Source: Girardia tigrina
Lineage: Eukaryota
DNA: 50,927 bases
Direction of reading: 5' to 3'
Assembly (NCBI GenBank): GCA_001938485.1
Contig: MQRK01224578.1
Coordinates: forward strand, 52,130-103,056
The notes beneath the pieces were generated by a model. The model saw only the letters and a list, made by a program, of their open reading frames with translations. It was not told the DNA's origin and searched no databases. Below, one piece after another: positions 1-12,768 of the stretch; the first letter of the stretch is position 1; every line of letters begins with the position of its first letter. Position numbers and translations under genes: made by a program.

Positions 1-443
1 TCAACACATTTAAATAATTTTCACTTCTCATGGTGGTGTTTGGAGGCAAGTATCATTTTGTGCACTTAATGTGTAGAAAATGTGAAAGTCAACAGACTTT
101 TGTCCACAGCTGTATATATGATTCATAAAGACACAAGGTGAACTTGTCTTTTTAGACCTTGAGTTAATTTGATTTAAAATCATTAATAAATATTATTTAG
201 TTGACTTTGTTTTAAAACTTTTTTTCAATTTTTGTAGAAGTAATCCGAACATTAAAGTGATTAACATTAAACAGGAGATTAATTATTTATTATTACCACA
301 ACCGTTTTCCAAAATTGTTAAACCAAACCAACTAGTGAATGTCTTCTTGTTTTTTAATCCACAGAAATATTTAGGAACTCCATCATTTAATAAAACCTAG
401 CATATGTTTTGTGTTGCGATTATCTTTTCTTATTAAAGATGTA

Positions 444-895
444 TGTTAAGAGAACTCACACATTTGACAAAACATTTATTACATTCACATTTTTTATCAT
501 CTTTATGATGATCAATAGTATTGCTTTCACTTAAGTCCATCATTCAATTTTCAATATCTCTTATTATAATCTGAACTATACTTGAGAAGATTATTTTATT
601 TAAAAATATTTAATTTAAATTTTATTGGCTAAGATAAAATATTTTTATAGTCATTTTTAAACATTAATTTGATTTTAATTATTTAAAAATTTACAAAAAT
701 CAATAAAATTATTTAAAAGTTGCAATAATAAAAATTAGCAATTTGAATATTACATCTAAATTTAAATAAATTAGTTTCAGATTATAAGAATTAAAATATT
801 GATCATCCATCTGATTAGAAGAGGCACAATCCCAAATCAACACAAAACATTTAAACACACTACAAAAAACAATTACACACCCTATATTCCTCACA
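444..895 (-). mobile_element. Solo-LTR-like element, subfamily A (TGTGAGG...TTAACA)
   Basis: Flanked by the 5-bp direct repeat ATGTA (439-443 / 896-900). TG...CA ends; AATAAA about 30 bp from the minus-strand 3' end. Colinear with 5589-6044 and 38094-39106. Confidence 0.85.
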
Positions 896-3781
896 ATGTA
901 TATTTTTAATATTATTTGTTATGATATTTTTCTAAAAATTATGTAAAAGTAATTTTGTTTAAATTTGTATTTTTTGTTCAATTTTCGGAAATATTTATAT
1001 TTTTTTATTGGAAGTTGATCTTTATTCGAAACTATTAATAGTGATTATACCCTACGAACGCAACAAGTTTTAGTCGTGATATTCAACTCTTAATTCTAAA
1101 GAAAACTGTATATTTCGATAATTCTTTTCGTATAATTATTTTAGAAAACAAGTACTTTTTTCTCCATCTCCAACAAAATTGATGACTGGTGGGACATTAG
1201 AAAATTTAGAGAATATTAATGGCATCTGATTTCGAGTTTCTTTGTAGGCATTCATTTCAAGAAGGTCTTGTTTGAAGAGGCAACTATTACCTTTCCCTTT
1301 GGACCCTTGAATCGATCCTATGATTTAAATAATGAAGCTTTAAATTAGTAATGATTATTAAAATACTAGTATTATAAAGAATTTAGTAAATGCAGAAATT
1401 TTTGTAATTATGGCATAATTTGAGATGAAACATGAATTTATCACTTCGATTTTGCGTTCATAATAGTGCTGGACACAAAAAACGGTAAATAAAGTGCAAT
1501 TTTGTTTGAAAAATTAGATAAAATTTCTTATTATGGCATTATTTCCACTAATATTTTCACGATTTTAACTGATTAAATTTTTATTTAATAATGTCAATTG
1601 ATTGCATCTTGAGTCATATGATGTCGAAAATAGTTAAGAAATATTCATTCGAGCAAGAATTGCTGAAAGAGATTTTCTTATTCGCAAAAGGAATCAGTGA
1701 TCTTCGTTTTCTTTTGAGAATTTCGAGTGAAGGAGTCTCAACTGAGATTCTTTATATAAAAATCTTTTTAAAATTTCATGCTATGAGAATTCGTCTGGTG
1801 CATGTGTGTGTGAAATCATTTTTTATCACCCTACATAAAATTGCACTTAAAGATTTTATTAAAAATGATGTATTGTGTATATTTTTTTTGAAAATTTAAA
1901 AGTTTATTAGTATAAATTTATTTTTTTAAAAAATCAACGATTAAATATATTTTTAAAGATTCTTCAAATCTTTTAGATTCCGAATAAAATTAAATCTTAA
2001 ATTATGAGGATGATACAATAGATGACATTCGAAAAATAAAGAAAAACATAACCCTATATGTAAGAGTTCAAGCCAAAAGTTTTCAGAGAAACTACGATGA
2101 TACAAGTAAAAATACAGCACATTCAATCATTCAGTTCCTATAATAATGAAGGATGCATGGTTGTGTGGTATATTTATTTCCATTTTTCTAGTTGTTCTCA
2201 ATATTCTTTACTTGTATCTTGAAAACATAATATATATATCGCACAATTAGACAGGCATTCACTAGTTCAAATAATAAAATATAAGAAAAAATGATAAAAC
2301 AGCATATGTAGATGAGTTGTTTCACTTAAGAATATCATGACTTATCTAAACAGAATACACGTTTAACTTTTGACGACACTAATGGAAGACACAGCAGTAC
2401 CATAAGCATACATCTCTTACAGTTTTTACAAAGAAAGTCTGGGGATTGATAAACTCGGGATTATTTATAAATCGTATTATACTATTTAACTAAGTGTTCG
2501 ATTCACATTGGGGGCCGATATCGAAGTAAACCCCCAAAAATAAAAAAAAATCGTCACTTAACATTCGTGAAACAAAATTGTCGAAAAATTGTGAAAATGA
2601 GTCGAAAAAAATACGAAAAATGAAACTTGAATTCGATTCGTCCCGATTTGCTACTCTATTGGATTTAGATTCTATCACGGAAACCAGAATTTTGTTTGGA
2701 AGTTGATTTCAATAATTATCTTAGAGTTGTTTGATAAATGTTTACATTTATTTCACTTCAAAAGAAAACTATATTTGTTGTAACAATTCTTGTGTATTTA
2801 TTCAATTGATTAATTTGGAATCCTACCAATAAATTTCAGAAAAATTTTACATCTAATTGAAGTTTGAATGTATAACTGAAAAGAAAATTAAGGTTTTTTT
2901 TTGTAAAGTGAAAATTTTTAAAAAGAAATCATATTTTGTGAAAATGTTTTATTAAATAATTTTGTGATTGAAAAAAAATTGTATTAAAAAATATGATTCG
3001 ATTTGTTTAAATCGATTAATTGATTATTATGAAACTAGCGAAAAATTAAAAATGTACATGACAGAAAATGAATGTCATTTGAAAATATTGGATTGGCGAA
3101 TGTTGTAAAAATAAGGTTGTTGAACTTAGTCTCTCGTAAATAATAATTTTTTTGTGGAAAATGTTTGAAGTAATTGAAGTGGAAAATTGGTCTATGTGTC
3201 AAATATAAATTGGAAGAAATGCTACTTGTTGAGATGGAAAAATCAAGATCATCTCATGAACTCGGGGGAACCTGATGAACATTTAAATTGCGATGCGTTA
3301 ACTCGAGAGTATCACCGACGAAAAAAATAAAAGAACTGACGAAACGAGTTCAATTGCCCCAAACAATTAATGACACTAACCGGATAATGGAGCATCTGAT
3401 CAAATCGATTGAGTATTCAAAAATAAAAAACTATAATTCGAAGATCGATCGGATGCGCGTGTGTGGGAAGATTTCCTAGTCGGTTTTTTTCCCTCCTGGT
3501 GAACTGAAATTATTTTATTCCCATCATCCCGTAAACACCGACTACCCAACCCGGGACCCCGCGACCGCGCTGCGCTTGCTCTCACACCAATACTAAGTCA
3601 AAGCATATTCCTAACCTATCAGGCCCGACACGGTCTACCTAAATGAGTTATTATTATGTATAAGAAATGTTTACTGATTAATGCAGTTAGTTATATAATT
3701 TCGACTCAATTATTTTTATTTACGTCTTAAAATATTATTTTAATATAAATACGCATTCGTCAAAATTATTTGAATTGTGTA

Positions 3782-4365
3782 AATTAAGAACACTGATTTT
3801 CAATACTTTTATTCACATCACAACTCGAATTGCTTCCAGGACAATTCTCCAAAAACTTTCGTATTTATACATCGTTTTACATTCATTATTTTTAATTCTA
3901 TTTCTAAAACCTCTAATTATTCGATCAAATTAAAATTACAATGTAATTTACAATTTAAATTACAAAAAATTTAAATATTTAAATGTATTTTAAATATATT
4001 ATTTATGATTAAGATATTATTATATATTTAATGATTAAAATATATTAATTTAATTTTAAAGTTGTTGTAAATTTCATCCATCAACTATTAAAAACAAGAA
4101 AACTCGATTTTTGAAATTTTTTATTATTTAATAATTTGGATTATTAAAACAACATTTGTTATTTTAAAATACCTTTTTTAATTATTTAAATAATATTTTT
4201 AATTTAAGTAAATGCACTTTACAGTTGTTATTTAAATTTTGAACGTGTCCGAATAATCTGACGGTTCAAAACATTTGAAATATCAATCTTCCATTTGGGT
4301 GGGAGGAACACAATCATTCAAACAAAATACAACACAATAATCACCATTTGAAAATATTCCTCATA
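3782..4365 (-). mobile_element. Degenerate solo-LTR-like element, subfamily B
   Basis: Starts AATTAAGAACAC and ends AAATATTCCTCATA. Near-perfect direct repeat GTGTA/GCGTA. Shares the CCATTTGGGTGGGAG core with 10405-10924. Confidence 0.7.
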
Positions 4366-4935
4366 GCGTATTTAATTAATTTTTACATTCTCTTGAAACA
4401 CTTTACTCAATTTTTAGATACGGTATTAAGTTTATAATTTTTCGATAATGGAAATATTACAAATCATACTGTCAGTGTATCAGAATAGTTACAACTCATA
4501 TGGGACAGGACTCATACATCACAAATTGTTTTATGGTCCCTCCATACATTACGATTTTCAGAAAAATTCCTTGAACTAATAACTAAATTCATGAACATTA
4601 AAGTAACAAGCACTTATTTGATATCAAATCTTTGAAATTTAACATGTTTAAGTTTACTATCTCATTTGATGAAGGAAATTTGAAATTTCTATAATTACAA
4701 AATTTTTTAGAAATTCTTGCTTGCGTTGTTAATTTACCGAATGCTAATTTAGAATTTTACCTGCCAATAAATTTTGTTTTTACCATAAATTGCATGTACA
4801 AAAACGCTAATAGAAAAACGGAACAAATAAACCAAGACTGAAAAAAATAATTTTTACATTTTTGATACAAATAAAATGTAATATTAAATATGAATTGTTA
4901 AATTCATGTGGTAAAATATAAATATAAGTACGTAC

Positions 4936-5248
4936 TTTTCTGTGATTTTTCTGATGAATTTTGTGATTTTTGGGTGACAGAACTACTTGGAGATGTTGTA
5001 TTGGAATTGGAAACACTACCTGTCCGACCAAGGATGGACTGACCACTCAACTGGGAATTTGATTTTCGTGATGATTTTTCATCTACTTTTTCATTTTCCG
5101 AATCTGACTTATAAGAACTGGAGTCAGAGTCTAAATTGTCATCACTATCATTGTCTTCATCACTTGACTCAGTTTCGTCATTTATTTTGATATCTGCGTC
5201 AATTTTACTATCGTCGTTTGTAACTAAATTTTCTGAATCATATACAAC
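4936..5248 (-). CDS. Internal exon of an unknown gene, Ser/Asp/Glu-rich (VVYDSENLVTNDDSKIDADIKINDETESSDEDNDSDD...SEKSQK)
   Basis: About 104 codons open on the minus strand. Bounded by a 24-nt GTATGC...TTTTCAG intron (5249-5272) and a GTACGT donor at 4935. Hydrophobic exon-like segments follow at about 4785-4837. Confidence 0.5.
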
Positions 5249-5413
5249 CTGAAAAAAAATACTAACGCATACTTCAAATCACAAGAGATATTTGATTAAT
5301 TATCAGTTTTTAGTATTAGTAAAGTAAAAAATAGCTTATGATGAATGTGATGACATAAACTTTTATTGTTATTTTTAAGTCGAATCTTTTTGAAGTTTTT
5401 TAAAACATGTCTA

Positions 5414-5480
5414 CAGTAAAACCTCCCTATATTGAACATCATTTAGTACAAAAATAGTTCAATATATTGAGGTTTTACTG
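5414..5480. mobile_element. 67-bp pogo/Tigger-like MITE
   Basis: TIRs CAGTAAAACCTC...GAGGTTTTACTG with internal TATATTGAAC/GTTCAATATA, flanked by TA on both sides. Confidence 0.8.
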
Positions 5481-5588
5481 TATGTGTGAAAATAAATTAC
5501 TTTCATGGAAATGTTGACAGTGTCCAATAAGTGCCACTTTGACAAAATACTCTTAGCTGCAAAGATAAAAACTTCTAGTATTCATATT

Positions 5589-6044
5589 TGTTAAGAGAAC
5601 TCACACATTTGACAGACATTTATAACATTGACAATTTTGATAATCTCTATGACAATCAATAGTATTGCTCGCACTTAAATCCATCACTCAATGTTTAATA
5701 CTCCTCCTTACAATCTGAACTAACTTGAAGAAAATTATTTTATTAAAATTATTTAATTTAAATTTTATTGGCTAAAATAAAAATAATCATTTTTAAACAA
5801 TAATTGGATTTTAATTATTTAAAATTTTACAAAAATAAAATCAATAATATTATTTAAAAGTCACAATAATAAAAATAAAAAATTTGAATATTAAATCTAA
5901 ATTTAAATAAATTAGTTTCAGATTATAAGTATTAAAATATTAATCATCCATCTTGTATTGGGAGAGGCACAATCCCAAATCAACACACAACATTAAGCAT
6001 GCAAACACGACACAAAAACATCAACACACCAAATATTCCTCACA
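5589..6044 (-). mobile_element. Solo-LTR-like element, subfamily A
   Basis: TGTTAAGAGAAC...TTCCTCACA with the direct repeat ATATT (5584-5588 / 6045-6049). Colinear with 444-895. Confidence 0.85.
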
Positions 6045-6599
6045 ATATTCTTCCCAGAAAAGTAAAAAAATGTTATTCAAGGAAATTTAATTATTTCGAA
6101 CATTAAAAATTAAATTTAGAAAGAAATAGATAAACTCCCTTTATATATAAACTAGTACATGATACACTTGGTTTGAGATGATCTGTTTCAGCATTACATA
6201 AATTATAATTTCAAGACATTTAATGAAGCCAAAAATAATATTTTTATTAAAATCAAATTATAAATTTAGATTAACTAAATGAATTGTTAATATTTTTATC
6301 AGTTAATTGGACAGACGGAAATTAATCTTTTTGTCATTATATTGCTTGTATAAAGAAACTTTCATCACGTAAGTAGCTATGAATTTAAATTATTATATAT
6401 TTACAACAACTTATATCTTTGGCCTTAACATCCAATAGTCATTGAATTTGAGAAAATTCGTAAAACATTAACTAATCTGGAATTATATTTAAAGAAAATA
6501 GAAAATAATAATAATCTACTCAAAATTTACGCGTATAAATGTAAAGCAGCATAATAATATATCTACTTAGATTCATTTTAACTATCTGCTTATTATTAG

Positions 6600-7262
6600 C
6601 AAATGATTCATCTATATGAAGAAGGTAGATCATGTCCTAATACGCATGGCTGAGATTATTAACCAATTACATCTTCTGGTTAATGACTCAATTCCGTCAA
6701 TAGAGCAAATGTTTGTGATAGCTTCCTTTCAATTATAAAATCTTTCTTTACTACCTGATCTCAAGGTGATGATCTGAGTAATATGGATAATTTTCGTATG
6801 ATATTATGTAGAGTATTTCCTCATTCTTGACAATTTATTATGAACTTTAAGGAAAAACAACTCACAATTAGTCTGGCACGAGCAACTGAACTGTAGATTT
6901 CGAATAACGGGTGTCAGGAACATTATAAAAAGTACATAAATGAATGTTGTTATTGCAGATGAGAAACAAAGGAAATGAGTAAGATCATGGCACCTTTACC
7001 GAGCTTCTGAGTGATTTAGCCGGGCGGAGTGTTTGTAAACGTAGCGGTAGACTACGCCGGACCATATGTATCAAGATTGGACGAGGAAAGGTGAGAGAAA
7101 ACGATACATATGGGTGTTTACCTGTCTTCAAAAGAGAGCGTTTCATTTAGAAATATACCAAAGTCAAGAGACAGGAACTTTCCTACGGGTATTCGAACGA
7201 ATGATTGGCAGAAGGAGGTATTCGGTACAATACCCAAGTTGCACTAGAGAAGGACTGGTGTA
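6600..7262 (+). pseudogene. BEL/Pao retrotransposon integrase fragment
   Basis: Frameshifted motifs MAPLP, VAVDYAGP and KRYIWVFTCLQKRAFHLEI, typical of BEL/Pao integrase. Confidence 0.7.
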
Positions 7263-7429
7263 GCAGAGTCATGGTATTAGATTTGCTGATATTGCTCGTG
7301 CTGGGCGCATTTTAAGTTTTATAATTAGTTGTTCATTTTAAAATCGTTAACAAATGCAAAATTCAAAACTCAAAAATAGTCACAAAATAAATTTATACAA
7401 TTAATCAAAATTTCATAACTATATAACGA

Positions 7430-9674
7430 ATAATTTTTCAATCTCCGTAGTAATCCAGTTGTCGAAAATGTAATCGGTTCTCACTCATACCTTCGTAGCC
7501 TCCTCGAAAAAAATGATTTAGGGTTAATACATTGCTCCTTCAAAATTTTGAATCCACAATTAGCCTTTCATTCAAAATTTTAATCATAACCATTAATAAT
7601 TCTTCATCGTAGATTATATCATCTCCAAAGACTTTTCTCAGAACTTTCTTGGTCTCCCTTATCATCACGTCAGACACTCATCTGAAAGGAGGCGTTTCAG
7701 GTGTATTTAAAATCAAATTTCATTTTATTTTTCAAATTTTTCTTGCTCAGAGAATACATATCGACGAATATTAGGTTTTTTAAAAAATAATGTCGTTTTT
7801 TGAGGGGTCCTGATTTTTTGACATGTTTTGAAATAAATCTTTATGATTTATTTATGTTTTATACATAATTTTAAAGCTTATGAAAAACTCTGTATTTCTA
7901 TGATACTTTTTTTTAAATATTAACTTTAAAATAACGTGTTTATTTAAATAGTTGTCAATATGCAAAAAGTGCAATTACGAGCAATTTTTTATATGAATTC
8001 AAACTTGACCACAAAGCATCGGAGCCCGCCCGTAATATTAACGGGGCATTGGACGATGGAAATACAAACGAACGTATGTTACAATGTTGGTTCAAAAAAT
8101 TTCAAGAAGGAAATGAGACCCTCAAAGATTATGATGGCTGTGGACGGAAATCTGCTATTGAAAATGAAAATTTGAAGGCTCTATTAGAAGCAAATCCACG
8201 CAAAACAGTTCGAGAGCTTGCGGAGGAACTAGGTGTCACGATAGGAACAATTTCAAACCATCTGCATGACATTGGGAAGTCGAAAAAACTAGATAAATGG
8301 ATTCCTTACGAATTAAATGGCAATAAAAAATGCTTCGTTTTGAGGCATCGTCTTCATTTCTTCTGCGGAACAAGAATGATCCGTTTCTGGATCGAATTGT
8401 AACGTGTGATGATAAATGGATTCTCTACGACAATCGGTTACGTTCTTCTCAATGTTTGGACCACAATCAAGCTCCGCAACCCTTTCCGAGGACGAAATTG
8501 TACCAAAAAAGATGATGGTGACTGTTTGGTGGTCTGTAGCCGGTGTTATTCATCGTAACTTCCTAAATCAAAGAGAAACAATTACGGTAGAGAGATACTG
8601 TCAGGAAATTGTCAAAATGAACCAGAAACTCCAACACAACAACCAGCATTATTCAATAGGAAGGGGCCTATTCTTCTCCACGACAACCCTCGGCCACACA
8701 TCGCACGTCTGACAATGCAACTGTTGAACGAACTTGGCTATGAAACTTTGAGTCATCAACCACACTCACCAGACCTCTCGCCTACTGATTATCACTTTGT
8801 CAAACATCTTGACATTTTCCTCCAGGAGAAATACTTCAAAAATCAATGGGATGCTAAAACTGCCTTCAACGATTTCATCGCCTCCAGAAAGCCAGAATTT
8901 ATGGAACCGGAATAAATAAAATTGTGCAACATTGGCAAACGTGTATTGATGCTAACTGTTTTTATTTCGATTAATAAAATTGATTCTACGCTGAGATATA
9001 TTAGTCTTTAAAGATTAAGGTTAAAAAACGACATTATTTTTTAAACAACCTTAAATTTGTCCCATTATCAGAAATAATGATTGCAGGAATCTTGCCATTA
9101 ATCTCTCGAAAGCTCTGGAAAATGAATATGTGTCTAAAACAGCTGGTCACTTCCAAATGTATTGCAAAGAGGAAAATTAACACAAATATCTTTTCTGGTA
9201 GATTTTTCCTGTATAGTCAAAGAAGGTCCTGCCAAACCCACTACAGTATTGGCAAATACCATAAATGGCTCTTCAAGTCGGAGTCATCTTTTGGATGGTG
9301 CTTGTTTTAGTTTCGGATTGACAACGCTCACAATCTTTTTTCACCTCTATTTATTTTCTCGTTCCGATAATCTCGAATTTTTTATTTAATTCAATCAATA
9401 AATAATTTTTTCCATCATAATGATTCGTTTTTTCATGTAAATCAATGATTACTGATTTCGTAAACATTGATTTCGTAGGTAAGATTATTGGATACTTCCT
9501 TTTGTAAGGTAACCAATTTACATTATTAATTAGAGAGTTACTTCTTTTGATCTCATCCTCATTTAGATACGGATTCAGAAATTTTAATTTACTGTCATTT
9601 GACACATCTAACTCTCTTTTCAACCTTTTGATATCTTCGGGAAATTTTTTTGTTTTGAACTGAAAAGAAGACAT
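7430..9674 (-). pseudogene. BEL/Pao integrase remnant split by a mariner insertion
   Basis: Upstream part reads LNPYLNED...KYPIILP...LHEKTNH and IISDNGTN (about 9054-9080). It continues left of the mariner as NTPETPP...KKVLRKVFG...ILNER...LTLNHF. Confidence 0.7.
7771..9053 (+). mobile_element. Full-length mariner element with frameshifted transposase (about 7959-8975)
   Basis: TIRs TTAGGTTTTTTAAAAAATAATGTCGTTTTTT / AAAAAACGACATTATTTTTTAAACAACCTTA. Motifs WIPYEL, IVTCDDKW, HDN and HSPDLSPTDY spread over several frames. Confidence 0.92.
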
Positions 9675-9679
9675 AACGA

Positions 9680-11075
9680 AGTTGTTTTTCTTTAATTTTC
9701 CGTATCATATCTTACAATTTGTTGCAGTAGACATCTGCTGTGATTTAAGAACAAAATTTCATGAAGTCATAATGAATTGCACCTGTGGTAGACCAAAAAA
9801 GATTCACCGTCAGCTTCCTTTGATAAATCCTGTGCTTTTGACTGTGTTTTAGTGCTTCATTCGTGTTCACACAGCTTGCTAAACGTTTGTGATTATCATG
9901 TTTGATCTAATTTTCATCGCAAGTGATGACTCGATTAAAAAAATGATCACATTTATAAGAAAGAATCATCAAGGAAGCATTCAAACGATTTTGTTTCTAC
10001 TTTTCATTCAACTTATGTGGAATTCACTTATCCTACTTTTTCACGTTGCCAATTTTAGCCAAGTGATTCAATATTATTTGCTTTGTAACAGTAAATGTTA
10101 GCGACAAATTATGAGCACTTTGTAATGGATCCGACTCCATGGTTACTTCCAGTTCTTCATTATCTACCTGCATTCTTTTGGTGACTCCGAGACTCACTAT
10201 TGAGGTTTAAATTATCTTTCACGAATTTCTTGAAATAATTTGACAGTCTGCTGCTTAGTATCGTATCTCACTACACTATTGATGTTTCGCTTTGTGTCTA
10301 ATGTTGAAGTTCAACGTAAGATTTCATACTTCAAAATAATTTGAATTTCTGATTTTTCCAATTTTTAAAATACTGATTATTAAAACAAAGGTATCAATAA
10401 TTTTTATTAAGAACACCAACATGGGTTTCCGAACTTTTATTTTCGATACAATTATAATTGTCTTTTGGACAACTCTCAGCAAAGCTTTTGTAATTCGACA
10501 TTATTCTAAATTGATGAATTTTAGTTAATGTTTTTAATAAACAATTATTCGAACAAATTTTTCATTATTTTCAGATTTAATTTTTAAAGTTCTAATTTTG
10601 TAATTTTAAGTAATAATTTTATCTACATATTAATTTTATTTAAAAATGATTTTATGTAAAGAAAGAACATTTATTTAATTTAAAACTTAGTTAAAAGCTA
10701 TTTACTTTATTTAAATTTTTAACATGCAAATTTGAAACGATTTAATATTTTTTAAGTTTTTTTAAATATCTTTTGATGTACTTTAAAATGCAAATTATAC
10801 TCGAATAATTATTTATCATGAACATCCAAAATATCAATTTTCCATCTGGGTGGGAGATGCACATTTCCAAATACTAAACTCAACATACAAAATTCAACAT
10901 ACCAAATTTAAAATATTCCTCACAATTTTAATTTTTATTGATGAGTTCAATAGCCAAGATATGTAACAATCAAACAAATAAAACTGAGCAACAAAATGTT
11001 TAATGATTGTCAAATTATAACTTTTTGAATTTATTGTAATCATGCCTACAAATTTCATACATATAACAAAGATAA
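9680..11075 (-). mobile_element. Truncated mariner copy, interrupted by a solo-LTR-like element
   Basis: Colinear with 22270-23058. Minus-strand start MKYEILR at about 10331. The 5' UTR is interrupted at 10405-10924. Confidence 0.8.
10405..10924 (-). mobile_element. Solo-LTR-like element, subfamily B (TGTGAGG...TTAATA)
   Basis: Direct repeat ATTTT (10400-10404 / 10925-10929). The empty site is visible in the paralogous mariner at about 22950-22985. Colinear with 20833-21372. Confidence 0.9.
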
Positions 11076-12102
11076 TGTAATCATAAGTTTATAATATTAA
11101 GTTATTTGAAAATTCTAAAAAAATGAAACATTTTGATAATCGATGGAGCGTCGAATTGTTGATACAAAATTATAGGTAATTACTTAGTTATGTAGAGAAA
11201 TAGAAACATCTTTACAAACGTTAGACATTCGAAATTTCAAAAAATACACAATAATTCATTGCGATGGCCGGCATCAGCATAGAGGAACAATAGCAGTCTT
11301 CAAAAAGTCATTCTCTCTTCTTAGAGTAACTTAACTTTTCTTCAGTGAAAACCTTTGTATTTTTTTAAAAAATTGTTTATTCGGTATCATTATACTCGGG
11401 TTTAAACTGCGTTTAATAAACAAATATTTGATGACAAAAGTTCAGAGATTTGACGTTGAAAATAGACAAAATTGATCATTGTGTAATGAACAAACAATTT
11501 TCAATAGTGTTCTACTTTGAATCACGAGTTTCGAATAATTTATTGCTTTCAAATATTGTGCTAATTAGTGCCATAGAAATGTTTGTTGATACCACTTCGA
11601 TGACATTTACCGCTCATTATTATTATTATCGCTATTTGAGTTTCAACGCGCGTAAGAAGAGGTATAATTTGCATTTTTAGATAAGTAGAAATTCATCAAT
11701 TAATCCTTGAAATGTTAAGAATATTTGTACTAATTTACTATAGATTGTTTCTAATACTCATTTTTTTCTAATACTCAATTCTTTTAAAAATTATGAAAAC
11801 TTTTCAATTTACTCCAATAATTACGTTACTAGTTTATTTAATTAACAAATCAATTTAGTTTTAATAATAAAAATAACAATTTTAAAATAAATTACTTAAT
11901 TTTATAAGAGGATTTTTAAGGGACTCGAATTTTATTTTTTAATTTAAACTTTTTAATAGTTTATAATTAAAATAAGTCACTAAATCTCAATCTATCTAAC
12001 AGTTGATTGTTTTCTATATGTAAAATGGTTAACAAATTATTTACCAGGCATTTGAAAGGATAAAAATACTTGGATCAGTGGTATACACAGGAAGTAAATT
12101 AA

Positions 12103-12330
12103 CCCATTAACGCCTAAACAGGAATTTTGCAGTAAGATATGATATTGCAGTGACTGTAAAATCTCAACCAGTCATATTTAAAACAAAGTAAGGGCATTGG
12201 CTCATTATAGAAGTGATGGCATATATATATAGACGTGATAAAACTTGAAAATTTCATAAACATTCTTCTCAAGTCACTGGATATTTATTTTTTCAAGCGT
12301 CCTCAAACGAGGACGGCCGGAATAAATGGG
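12103..12330. mobile_element. piggyBac-type MITE
   Basis: TTAA|CCCATTAA ... ATAAATGGG|TTAA: TTAA target duplication with CCC/GGG termini. Confidence 0.75.
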
Positions 12331-12768
12331 TTAATGCGATAAGTCCCCCCCACAAAAAAAAATCAAAATAAAATAAAATTATAAAAATACATTTCAAAAC
12401 TGCTAACCTTTTAATAGGCTTATTAAATATGTAGGATATTACAATTTTAAAGCTTAATGAACCTATTCAAATTTTGCAAAATTTTATTCTTGATTTAAGC
12501 ATAATTGTATTTATAAGAGAACTATCTTCATGCTTTATTTTTGGCATTACTTTTTTAGTATTGGATGTTTGTCCGGGGGATTTTTATTTGTGTCTTAAAT
12601 TTAATTTACTAAAAAAATGTTTAGGAAAGTTAGAAAACAAAGTGGGACTGATTTGATGAAAAACTTATACAAACTCAACTATATAAACTCAACAGGTCAT
12701 CATAGAAATATCAAATATCATAACCACCTATAAATTTTTTGATGGACTAATTTTATCTGCACCAAGTT

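Noticed and set aside
444-895. Repeated elements as introner-like introns (GTGAG just inside the end) or as small ORFs such as 709-894
   Set aside because: There is no AG at the other end, and the ORFs are not conserved between copies.
3255-3355. Hammerhead at CTGATGA...GAAAC
   Set aside because: No stem II closes the core and there is no NUH at the required position.
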